In this document: positions 52,461 to 64,000 of the stretch, piece after piece
How positions within the stretch are numbered: position 1 is the stretch's first letter
How the letters are laid out: the number at the start of each line of letters is the position of its first letter
Source: Trichosphaerium sp. ATCC 40318
Taxonomy: Eukaryota; Protista; Tubulinea
Direction: 5' to 3'
Assembly (NCBI GenBank): GCA_038496445.1
Contig: JALMLS010000536.1
Span: 63,865-127,864, forward strand
Length of the DNA: 64,000 bases
Position numbers and translations under genes: made by a program
Notes under the pieces: model-generated
The model's database searches: none
Seen by the model: the letters and a program-made list of their open reading frames with translations, nothing else
What the model was told of the DNA's origin: nothing

Positions 52461-54394
52461 ATGATTAAAAAGGTAAGGGACCGAGTTAAACGCTTACAAG
52501 GAATAACATCTCAACATCCTCGTACGCTCAAAATATTACGCCAAAACATTATACTTAGCATCATTATAGCGGTAATACGAAAAACATTTCCAAAAAACCA
52601 ATGGGCTACTGTAGAAAATCAACGAGTATTTCTGGACACAGCACTAGCACCGTATCTACCCGTTAAAACGCTTGATGATTGGTACAGGGTGAAACAAACC
52701 GATTTTACAAAACTAGATGGCTTGACGCTTTTAAAAAAGTGCGTGGTGCTGTCTGAAACGCTTTTCGGCGTTATCTAGAAACACCTGATGATAACAACGT
52801 TTTTGACCGCGCTTTCTAGGTACAATGGCTCTGTACACCAGTTAGTTCAATCATTGTACCCAGAGCATGATTGGGTACCATGGCAGTTCGTGTACGCCGA
52901 TTTTTTTTTTGAAATGACCTGTCAAATGACGTACGTCATTTTGACACATTGTAGAAATACACCACAAGGATTTTGGCAAAGTTTATCTAACCAAAGAGCC
53001 TTTTGTGATAACGAACTAAGACAACGCCTTAATTTAACGCGTATGGAGGATATGTATAAAGTCACAGCGATGGATATAAAAAACAATGGCGGTGTGTCAT
53101 TGCTGTCAATGTATGGCAACTCAGTGCAAGCACTTCTAAGAGCTGTTTATCCTGAACATAATTGGATTGCTTGGAAGTTCAAGTACGCTAGAATCGTTGA
53201 TCTCCTGGCGTTAATCATCAACTTAGAAAGTGTGAGCAACTTTACTGGCAAAAACCTCGTAATGTAAAAGAGTTCTTGTCGTGTACGTCTCTGAGACATT
53301 TATTCTTTTGGGGTTTTTTTTTGACATTTATGTTTTTGGTCCTTTAGATGTTGAAAATAAGCTTAATATATCCACTCCTGAAGAGTGGTTTCATGTAACT
53401 GGTGCGGATATCGCTAGACATGGTGGTAGTGGTTTAGTTTCACAGTATCCTGAGTGCCTACGCATATTACATCCAACATATCCATGGCATGCTTTATACA
53501 AATCGAAAGAAAGAAAACCAGCCATAAAGTACTTTAATCTCCAACTCATAATCAAGTTTAACACTAATAGAAAAGAGAGAGGGTACTGGCAAAAGGATGA
53601 GAATATTCTTACATTTCTGAAAGGTACAACTGATAAAGACTCTTTTTTTAGAGTTGACATTTTTATGTTTTAAAGGCGCTGCTGCTAAGCTGAATATCCG
53701 AGTACCTGAGGATTGGTATCGCGTGTCAAAAAACCAACTGAAAGAATTGGGTGGCTCTTCTGTTATAAGAGTTTTTCCAGGGTGTCTGAAGCTTTTGTAT
53801 CCAACAATCGATATAGAACAAGCTCACTTTCAATTCAACGAAAAAAAAGCAATTCAAAGGTATTTATTTACTGTTTTTGATGAGGCTCTCGTCATCTCAC
53901 AAGTACCTAGGATGCTCCGAGTAGCGATAAAGAGTATATTCCCAGACCTAGAAACGTTTGAAGAGTACACTTTGACGCGTATTTTGCGATCAAGGACACC
54001 GATAAGCGTTGATATTTATGTACCGAGTCTTGGTATTGCTATTGAGTATCAAGGTACGTCAAGAATTGGAGCTTGCATCCTGACTCTGACAAAAAAGGCG
54101 AACACCATTACAAAGATACTTTGGGTACCTACGGACCTGCGAGATTACAGCGTTCACGAGATAAAACAAAGAGAGAAAAGTGTGAATCTGCAGGCACGTT
54201 TCAAGAGGGCATAAGTGGTATCTCAATATTTCTCTGTAGGTATAACGCTAGTGCCTATTCCATATTGGTGGAAAGGAGACGAAGACAGCGTTAGAGCAAC
54301 AATCAAGCATTTTCGACCTGACATTCATGTTGACGTTCCAAAAGGCGCTAAACCGCTGTTAGATTATACCGCGCATGGCAGTGGAGTATCCTGA
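52461..54394 (+). CDS. Trp-rich tandem-repeat protein with C-terminal PD-(D/E)XK-like nuclease domain (start uncertain)
   Basis: About 4 repeats W..NQR.F...DDWY.V....GG..LL..Y...L...YP...W; VDIYVPSLGIAIEYQGEHHY...RDKTKREKC...GITLVPIPYWW. Confidence 0.75.
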
Positions 54395-54467
54395 GCCATT
54401 CTTATTCTTAAGAAAAAAACCTCATACACTTGTAAATATAAGCACAGCGGCATAGGGTCCCATAAAA

Positions 54468-57254
54468 ATGGGAGGTTGGTTGTATTTATCTCCATGTTTT
54501 AGAGTTTTTCTTATGAATTTCGTTAAAGCTATACTGTACTTAGCGAGCGAACTAGAGCAAGGAGAAAATGAAACATAGTGTTTTTTTAAGCCTCAATATT
54601 ATTTGTGTCCTCACAGCAAACAAGTGCTCAGAGGAAGTATGGTAATAGCATCATGGGCGATAGGAAAAACAAGTGAAGAACTGCGCGTACCTTTTGATGT
54701 TGTTAGCGGATCGAAATTTTGGTTTAGAACTTAAAGACTGTTGTTAAGTTCCAGCTTTCAGATAACGTAACAGCCAGCGTTTCTAAACAGTCATCACAGC
54801 AATCAACAATGGAAGAGAAGAGCAGACCGCAAATAAAAGAATTGTTAGATGGTGTATGTTGTTAGGACGTGATAAATTTTTGCTCACTATGTACTCAGGT
54901 CGACAGCGCATTAAATACCGTGTTTGATGGCGTTCGTAGTGAAAGTATAGATCAAACAACTGTAAAAACGTTATTGGCATACATAAAAAACATTATACAA
55001 CGCGGTAACGATGAGAAATACAGAACTATCCACAAAACTAACGCGGCGTTTCAACAAGTGCGTACTACGTATCCTCTTACTTTTATTGCACTCAAGGGAG
55101 TGCTTATTATTAGTACAATAATAAATCTGACATATTGCCAGCGAATCGGTCGTTACCCAGCCTCTGTCGATGTTCTACGCGCTGTAGGCTTCGAAGAGCG
55201 AGAGAACTCTTTTGTAATGCCAGCAACAGATATTCATCTCAGGTAAACCGCGCACCTGTTTTCCTAACTACATACGCTCTCGTATACCACGTTAACGCAT
55301 TTTTAGATTAAAAATCCTTCAGTACGCTGGACGCGTTGCTACATCGTTTCTGGCTAACCAAAACAACCTACTCGAGTTTGAAGCCACACAGAAATCAGGT
55401 ACGAGTATTTCTTAGGACGCAAAAGTGTCCTCTAACTGAGAATTTAGCTGAATCTGGATCAGCAACTGGAAAACCTGCTTTCGATTTTAATCAAATGATG
55501 GCAGCCGAAAAGAAGAAAGCACTGACAAAGAGGAGGATGGGTAAAATGAGTGAAAGTGAGCATGAAGATAGAGCTATAGGCATGCTACTAGCTGGTGTTT
55601 GTGCTGATATACTAGGTAAGATATGAGAAAAACATACTACATTTCCAAAACCTATGTTCAACGAAAAGAGTCATTGTCTTCTACCCGAGTTTTGACTTAT
55701 TGTTTTAATTAGCTGCTCCATTTGATGGTTGGTCTGGTCAAGCTGTTGAATCAAAACACCCTGGTGGTGTATGGGTATACGAGCAAAGTACTCGTGAAGA
55801 CTTACCTCGTATGTAAACTGATAATGGAAACGAACATCTTTTTTTTTTTTTTAAACCTCTGATCTAGGTGAACGTGGAAGATACACTGAAAATACACAAG
55901 TACTCTTAGCAATATCACAGAGTATAATAGAGTGTTCAGAGCTTGTACCAAAAGCAGTAGCATCACATTGTACAGGTATAGCCCAGAATCAAAGTTTTTG
56001 TGTAATCTTAGTTTTTGAACATAGAGAGATACTCAACGGATAGACTTTATAGCTCGTGTAAGCTTGTCTACGAACTACTAAAAAGCGGTAAAGCAAACTA
56101 CCTACAAAGCGCAAGAACAGCTTTACCGTCAGAGTTTAACGATGCCAGTGCACTCATACGTGTCGCACCTGTGGCATTTACTTTTCAACGCTCTGGGTGA
56201 GTCACAAATAGACTTTTTTGTTTTTTTCTTATTTGCTTGACAGGGACCGCATTCTTTATGAAGCTGTTTGTGGTGTACTGTTAACAACACATGTTAATCC
56301 AGAAGGTATGCAGATCGAGTATAGAGAGTGTAATTGTAATATTAATACTCGTTTAGCTGTGGACGGAGCTTTTGTTTATTGTAAGGCACTTGCTGAAATA
56401 TTACTTCTTGAGGTTCGTTTGCTGCTTTTTTTGGCTTCTGAGGCCTTTTAATTTAACTTATTTGTTATTGTTAGGATCGTACAAAGATTGATGTATCTAA
56501 GTGGGTTAAAGAAATGGCACATACAGCAAAGACAAAAGGATTGCGGTCGAAATTGTTAAAACTTATTGCACTTATTGATAAATTCCAGAGTGGTGATAAT
56601 AAGGGTATTAGTGATCAAAAATTTTTGAGGTACATAACCATCTACAAATAGCACCTTATTAAGCATTATGTTTAATGGTGTTATAGGTTTATATCAAGCG
56701 ATGAAAAGAACCAAGCAACAGAGGTATGATTTTTCATTTTTTTCGAACATTCACAATTTGAAAATTTTTTCTTTCTATTTTTTGATGTCTTTGTACCTCC
56801 TTGGAAGCGCTTTTATACCCTTAAAATAATGCCTGTGCCATTTCATGTGGATAATATACTGGGATTCGTGAGGGTTTTTGGTGGCTAGTTTGCTAACATT
56901 TTGATTATAGATGACAGTTTGTGCTTTATGGTTTTTTATCCGATATATAACTGATCCCGTTGAAGCAATATCAAAAGTTATACAAGCAGGTGGGCGTACT
57001 AGTACATTAGCTACAGCTGTAGCAATGCTTTTCGGAGCTTTCTATGGAGCTGGATTCATACCAAGGTACTATCAAAGAGGTAGTTGTGTACTACATTGTG
57101 CTTATTTGGTTTTTTTTTTCAAAGAATTTGGACAGAACAAATGGAACGAGATGCCTTTGATGAAACTGTAATGGTAGCTAAACAACTTTCTACAAAGGAT
57201 TTTATTGGATTTTGCTTATCAGTTGAAGAACAGAAAGCACAAAGAAACTTGTAG
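54468..57254 (+). CDS. PUB domain fused to a degenerate ADP-ribosylglycohydrolase (ARH/DraG-fold) domain
   Basis: PUB: TLLAYIKNII...EKYRTI..TNAAFQ...LRAVGF. ARH: DRAIGMLLAGVCADILAAPFD, YTENT, ALIRVAPV, TTHVNPEAVDGA, AGGRTSTLATAVAMLFGAFYG..FIP. Confidence 0.85.
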
Positions 57255-57318
57255 TAATACACCAAAAAAAACCCGTGTAAGAAGTTTTAACTAGTTAGTA
57301 CTAAATTGTTGATTTACT

Positions 57319-58745
57319 TTAAAACTCGGGCCAAAAGTTTATCCTTAGCCCTGTATTGTCTATGCATCCTAGAGAATCAATCATTTTCTGTGTTATTTGA
57401 GTATCTTTATGAGAAATGTATTTAAGGCTTGGTAAATTAACAATTCCTGCATTAGTGATTTGTGAGCAGCCTTCTAGAGCTAATTTGTGGATGTTAACAA
57501 GACTGTTCACTCCTTTGTCAGTTATAAGCCTACAATAAGAGAGGACTATGACTTTAACACCAACTAAGTAGCTTAAACCCTCATCTGTAACAGGTGCACC
57601 AACAATGCATATTGTATGTACTCCAGCAAGTGCTTTTAAAGTGCTGTCATCAACGCAATCAACTCCTGTAATATCTATGACTTTTACACCTGCCAATTGT
57701 TTTATCCCGTCATTTGTTACAGAGCTACAATAACTCAAGTCAATATGCTGTGCACCTACAACACATGGTATAACATCATCTGTTATTTGGTAACAATCGC
57801 CAAGTTCTATACAAGGTATACCAGCCAAAAGTTTCAACACATTGTTTGATATCTGAGTGCAACCATGTAGCCTAATTATTTTAATTGTGTTAGTTGTTTG
57901 ATTTCGTGTTAACAGATACTTTACTCCTTCATCTGTAATTTTCTTGCAGTCATTAAAAGATATGAAACTTGCATTTGTTAGAGCTCTTACACTTTTATCT
58001 GTAATGTCACATCTGTCAAGATTTATCTTGTGTACACTACTTGAAATGGCTATGACACCTTTGTCGCTGATATTTTCACAATCAGATAAATCAATAGTGT
58101 GTACTCCAGAGAGTGCTGCAAGTCCTTTATCTGTTATTTTTGTGTATGAAATATCAATTGTGTGGATTCCAGCAAGTTCTTGAAACCATTCATCTCTAAA
58201 ATGCCCATATGATTCTAGTGTATGAATGCCAGCAAGTTGTTTAAATCCAAAACGTGTCAAGGTGCATTCATCTTCTATATGTAGCTGCAAATGATGTACA
58301 CCTGAAATATGTTCTAACATAGTATCTGTTAAGGAAATAACACCCAGTATTTCAAGGTGACGGACACCAGAGAGAGATTTAAAGTCATCATCAGTCATTG
58401 TAATATCGTCAATAACTATTGTCGTATTTTTCAACAGAGCCTTCCCGTTTAGTTTGAGTAGATTTTCTCTTGACCTCACATTCACCTCTAAATATCCCAA
58501 ATGCTCTAAAATGATTGTAGAAAAGAGTTTACAAACAAATGTGGCAGATATACGGCATTTCTTGCCCAAAAACGCCAGAATACAAAATATAATTTCTGTT
58601 GGTAGCCAAAGCAATTCTAATGGCCTACAAGAGTATAAGTACCTTTCAATACATATTAGTCACAGTTACGAAAACAGACTTCATATAAGTCTATAAAACA
58701 TGCTCATTAAACTTACTCCGCTAGAACTGTTGGTGTTTGAAGCAT
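57319..58745 (-). CDS. F-box/leucine-rich-repeat protein (copy 2)
   Basis: Close paralog of 10687-12077 with the same phase-2 first intron (MLQTPTVLAE|PLELLWLPTE). Confidence 0.9.
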
Positions 58746-58976
58746 ACTGGCGAAGAAATGCTATTTTATTTTTTGGACACGTGGTTTTTTATTCAAGATC
58801 TTTTCAATTCTTGTTGAACGTAAGTTGACCACAAATGCAGTAATTTGTTAAACGTTTTCCATTTTTAGTTAGAAAGACATCAAAATTGCCGTCATTTCCC
58901 TAAACGGACATAGAGAACCAAAACATAAAGTTTGGAATTAGCTATTTGGGTTTGGTCACGAGACGATTTCTTACTA

Positions 58977-60420
58977 CTAAACACTTATGTTTATTAGAGG
59001 TGTGATGTTCACAGCACTTTTGGAGTATCAATCTGAGCAAATTCGTTTACATTCAAGGTAGCCATAACTTCCTCAAATGTTGTTGGTTTTTGCTTCTCAT
59101 CATCTGTTTCGATAAGACATTCCAATTTAAAATGAGGCTTTGGGGCTCCGTAGAAAGCTATTGACATGCGTTCCTAAGGCATTAAAAGGTTAGTTCAAAA
59201 ATGCAACGAATCTTTAGGTTTTTTTCTTGTTCTAGTTGTACATACCGCATAATCTGTTGCCCATCTTACTCTGTGTGGTGTTGGTATCCATTTTTGATTT
59301 GTCCATCTGCCTAAAATGAAGCCAATATTCACAAATAAAGCACCAGGTATTGGATCAGCGTACACCTTGAAATCAAAATAAGAACAGTGATTCGATGACA
59401 ATAATTTCTTGCACCCATTCATTGTTTTTTTTCTTGACTTCTAATGATTTTGTAGCTTCTGTCATTGCCAGTATTGTCATTGTAACAAAATCAATATGCT
59501 CAGCCATACGCATTTGTCTTTCCTTTGGAGTTGATTTTGGATAGTAATTTGCTTTCAATGCAAACACTCCATCAAAGTGAGGCTTGATTAGTTTATCAGG
59601 GTCTATGTGTAATCCCTGTGCTGATATTCTACAGGACAGAATGGTGAGCATGGAAGCCACATGCCAAAACAACAGACATTACCTCAACAACACGAAATAC
59701 AAGTTTCTCATTGCATAGTAGTAATCACGTGTAGCCAAATCATGATCATGACATGGTGGAGGTACATTACTCTCATACAGTACATGAGATGTCAAGTCTT
59801 CTGGAGGAGGTGTGAATGGGCCAACAGCAAACCTTTCAAGGGCATCATTTGGATATCCCTTTCTACCCTTTTTGAACAAGTTTAGAAGATGTAAGAGGCC
59901 ACTGGGATGGATAGAAACGTACAAGCAATGCACTAACATTTTCACCTTCATAAGGAGAATATCCACGACCTGCAATACACTTTTTGGCGTGTTTCATTTT
60001 CTCACTTACAGGTTTCTTGAAAAACTTATCATTCTCTTTGAACATATTGTCGATAATACTTTGATCAATTCCATGACCGGTGATGTACAAACAACCAATA
60101 TTGGTAAAAGCTATTAGCATGATAAGAAAATAAAGTCGTTTCAAATCACGTGTGGATTGGAACAGAAGAAAATCTAGTGGAAGAAAAAAGAATAGGTTTC
60201 TTTGTGGCATTCATGAGTATCAGGGGCTTTTTGTTACCTTTCTCAATAGCATCTGCTACCACTTGTTGTTTAGCGGGAGAACTTGAGTAGTATCCAGAAA
60301 TATCAACCACTACTAAGCCATTTTTAAGAGTACCTGTATCACATGGCTGTTAAAAAAGGAGTGTAAGAACTGGAATAGCTTACGAACAGTTCGGTTGCTG
60401 CTATCAGGAGTTGTTGCCAT
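58977..60420 (-). CDS. 2-oxoglutarate/Fe(II) dioxygenase, isopenicillin-N-synthase-like
   Basis: VVDIS, GCLYITGHGID, RGY, HIDF (HxD), VNIG..L.RWTN, HRV, RMS (RxS). Exact C-terminus uncertain. Confidence 0.88.
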
Positions 60421-60890
60421 AGTAGTACAATGATCAGATTATACGCCTCGTAGCACCCAATAGTTATTCATAGTGGCGAAAATGGGATTTTTGGAAACTC
60501 TAAACTTCAGCCTACATAGTGCTCAATTGTAAGAAGCACGGGATCAGTTAAATTAACCGGCCAAACTGGGACAACTATTAATCCGGTTTTGTTGGAAACA
60601 TAGTTGGTGCAAGACTTATACAAGTAGTATCTATCAACGGCGTACTAAGCTTTTTACCACTGCAGGCCTGTTGTGAACGGACTCAAACAACAGTTTTTAA
60701 CAACAATAGTGGTATGTTGTTATGATTATCAGTTAGTTAACCAGGCTATTTTCATTTCTTCTCCAAGCGAGTTGTACTTCGCGCTTGTGGTTTCAAATCT
60801 CTAAACTTACATGTGACAGACCGTCACGCTAGTTGCCTGATTTTAAAATTGTGGAAAACACGTGACGAATGAGTAATAATATTGTGTTTA

Positions 60891-62342
60891 TTAGTGTTTA
60901 AAGAACTTTTGGTCATTCGAAAAGATCTTAGGCAATAAGCCTAACATCATACGTGCATAGCTAACAGGAGCATAATACCAATAAGTACGCCGAATAGCAT
61001 TAATTATGCCTTCAGTATACATCCATTGCTTACGAGCAATGGCTGCTTTGTACTGTGCAACAGCATCCTAAGCCAGATGAGCATTCAAAAAAAAAAGTTG
61101 TAAGTGAAAAAAATAAGAACACATGCTTGAGGTTCCTTAGAGTCTTATGGTTACATGTAGTTTGTTTTTGTGCGTACTTCAATCGGATAAGATAACCTTT
61201 TAGAGCTTTTTATGGTGGATTCAGGGACCTTGTCAACATCCACGTGCGATCCGTCTGGTAGAGACATTGCTGAAAGGAATCCGGTTTGTATAGGGCCAGG
61301 GCAAATAAGTGTAACGCCTAGCTCTTTGTCAATGTTCTCCCATCTTACTGCTTCAAAGAATCCTAGGAAACATCATTAAAAAATTATGTTAGCAAGCAGA
61401 AGACTAACCCTTTAGAGCCCATTTTGATGCGTGATAAACACTGACTCCAGGTGCAGTAATTCTACCTTAATAGCGTTAGAAAGAAGATACTTCTTTGGTT
61501 CTTTTAACGACTACAGCTTCTTACCAGCCATTGAACTTATAGCAGCGATTGACCCACGTGATTTGCGCAAGTGAGGTATAGCGTATTTTGTAACCATAAT
61601 CGCTCCTTTAACGTTAACATCAAGAATACGTTGTACAACACTCTCATCCATGTGCTCGGCAAATCCCATTATACCTAAAAACACTTGTTACCACTGAAAC
61701 AAGCTCGCCAAACCTCAGACTTTGTGCTATCAAAATACGTACCAAACCCAGCATTTACGATGAGAAGGTCAATAGAACCATATTTACTGACGGCCTGATC
61801 AATCAAGTTCCTAAAAAAGTTGTGATTCGGGCTTTTTATTGTTCAAGGCGGTGCAATATTTGTCCGTTCAACCGTACTTTAAATCTGAGTCTACTGTGAC
61901 ATCCGTCTTTACCACGAGCGCACTACCGCCACAACTTTCGACTTTCTTGGCAACTTCTTCGAGCTTAGACTCTGTTCTAGCGCCCAAAACAACACTAACT
62001 TGGTTTAACAAGTGGTAGAACGATTACACGTGATTTCCAAAATTATGACAAGGGGTAACTTTTCACCGTACTTTGCACCATCTTTTGCGTAAGCGTAAGC
62101 AAATTCAGCACCAATGCCAGAACTAGCGCCTGTAATAACCACTGTCTTATTTTTATAGCTTTTGAGACCTACAATGGCGTAAATGGAGTGATTTAGAGCG
62201 AATACAAGCGAAAAAGAGTACCAGCGACGTAGCGTCTCACATAGCCTGTTAGCCAAAGTCCTGATAACGCACATACAACACCTAGTGCTGTAGCAGAGCT
62301 GTTAGCGCGTATAAATGCCAAGGCGTTGTTAAGATAATCCAT
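60891..62342 (-). CDS. Short-chain dehydrogenase/reductase (DHRS7/11beta-HSD-like), N-terminal anchor
   Basis: VITGASSGIG, LIVNAG, SSMAG, YHASK (YxxxK), ICPGPIQT. Confidence 0.92.
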
Positions 62343-62449
62343 TATTTGCAAAATACAATTGTTGACTTTGTTGTACCGTTTTGTCACGTTCACGTTGCAC
62401 AATCACATTAAAACAGCTCACAAACGTTCCCTCGCATTAGAATTCAGTG

Positions 62450-64000
62450 ACTCTTGCTGTTTAAAAAACTCAACACAGAGTTTAAGTCATGTTTAAATAA
62501 GGTATCAATACTACTCTAACCTTGCTCTCCAAAAAGTTAAAGTTCTAAAAGATGGTGTCAGAAAGAAAATTAAACGCAAGCACGTAGATAATATGATTAA
62601 AAAAATTGTGTCTAGTAAATCCAAATCACTCTTTCGACGATATAGGAACTTACGCGGATTTAACTCCAATGATTTCCTTCAACATTCAACAAACAAAGTA
62701 GTGGCGAAGTTATCAACAGCAATAAAGACATGAACGAGGAAATAAAGACGGAATGGAATAAATTATTCGACGAGAAAACCAAAGAAGAAGAGATTCCTGA
62801 AGAACTGACACCGTTCGAAATCACCTGCCCTTCTCCCAATATAGAGCAAAAAGATACCAAAATCTCTAAAGGTACCTTCCGTAAAGCTGCTAAAAGAATT
62901 GCGTCATACAAAGCGCCTGGTAAATCAAAAGTCGACCCAAAAATTTTTAAACTTCCTGACGAAGCGATTGAAATGTTGGTTAACATGCTTAAATTCTGCC
63001 ATGAACAAGGATATATGCCTGAAGAGTGGAGATCAAGCGTCACAATACTACTACCAAAAGGAAAAACAGCTACTAATGTTTTTAACTTTCGTCCAATCTC
63101 GTTGCTTAACTCTTTGTACAAGATATATTCCAGAATGCTTACTGACACGATTGAAAATTATGCCATTAAAGGAAAGATCATGTCACCATCTCAATTTGGA
63201 TTTATTAAAGGTAAATCCATTCACATGGCGCAAAAAAGTTCTTCTCGGTGATACGTGATGCGAAAAATACAGGTAAAAATCTTTATGCAATGTATATAGA
63301 CCTTAGGAAAGCATATGACTCTATACCACACTGGGCAATTAACAAAATACTCATATGGCATGGTTATAACTATAGGATAAGGAAAGCGATAATGTCAATG
63401 TATCACAATCTGACTACAACGATCAAAACTCCGGTAGGTGACGCTGACATTACCCTTAATAGAGGAACCAGACAAGGAGACATTATCTCGCCCATGATAT
63501 GGGATCTGTTTATTAACCCGCTTCTCCATCAACTCAATGCAATGAACATAGGTTACATGGATTCCCATGGAGACACAACAGCGGTTATTGCTTATGCGGA
63601 TGACTTAGTACTATTAGCAAACAATCTAGATGACCTTCATAAGCTATATGCCACTCTTACCAAATTTTGCAACTTTTACAAACTCCAAATTAATACAGAA
63701 AAATCGCTGTTACTGCTAACAGTGATGAAGGAGAGCTACAAATCAGGAACAACCCACTGACATGGGAAGAGACAACAATACTGACGCTGAAGCCCTCAGA
63801 ATTGTACAAATACTTAGGAATACTAACTAATATGAAACTTAACTTCACAGAACAGTTTAACAAGCTCGGCTCGTCTTTTATGTCTACCATATCACTGATT
63901 AACACTAACTACTTTACAACTAGCCAGAAGGTCCATCTAATTAACCAAATTGCAGTATCACGCATTAGGTTCACGCAAAACACAATCGATATTCCTGAAG
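62450..64000 (+). mobile_element. Non-LTR retrotransposon reverse transcriptase region, runs off the window; left boundary approximate
   Basis: FRPISLLNSLYKI, QFGF, DLRKAYDSIPH, GTRQGDIISP, YADD, YKYLG. Intronless, with frameshifts at short homopolymers. Confidence 0.9.

Noticed and set aside
1-64000. Alternative genetic code, CRISPR arrays, rRNA/tRNA/snRNA genes
   Set aside because: TAA, TAG and TGA all end conserved genes and apparent internal stops fall in introns. No repeat-spacer array or recognisable structural RNA gene was seen by eye.

Overview
AT-rich, gene-dense eukaryotic nuclear DNA with many short (~45-120 nt) spliceosomal introns and the standard genetic code. The gene families and GTACGT/GTGCGT donors suggest a protist, probably an amoebozoan (inference). 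I assembled about 26 spliced genes by hand: a 2H-phosphoesterase, JMJD5-like hydroxylase, PELP1/Rix1, RPB7, OST3/6, two F-box/LRR paralogs, GFA, GH78 rhamnosidase with a lectin insert, a mucin-stalk surface protein, ankyrin-PARP, an ankyrin protein, a CaMK fused to a penta-EF-hand, La, CHTOP, a PPR protein, P450, a PSI protein, Nudix, a repeat+PD-(D/E)XK nuclease, a PUB + inactive ADP-ribosylhydrolase fusion, a 2OG-Fe oxygenase, an SDR and several orphans. Mobile DNA comprises a complete pogo-type DD35D transposon with TIRs and a TA TSD, and a non-LTR retrotransposon at the right edge. There are also decayed F-box/LRR and P450 fragments. Highlights: (i) minor-spliceosome (U12) introns, including a GT-AT intron required to rebuild the kinase catalytic loop; (ii) a PUB-pseudo-ARH fusion, a candidate ADP-ribose-to-p97 adaptor; (iii) a kinase-penta-EF-hand fusion; (iv) an F-box/LRR family scattering remnants through intergenic DNA. 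Exon boundaries were read by eye without RNA data or database searches.
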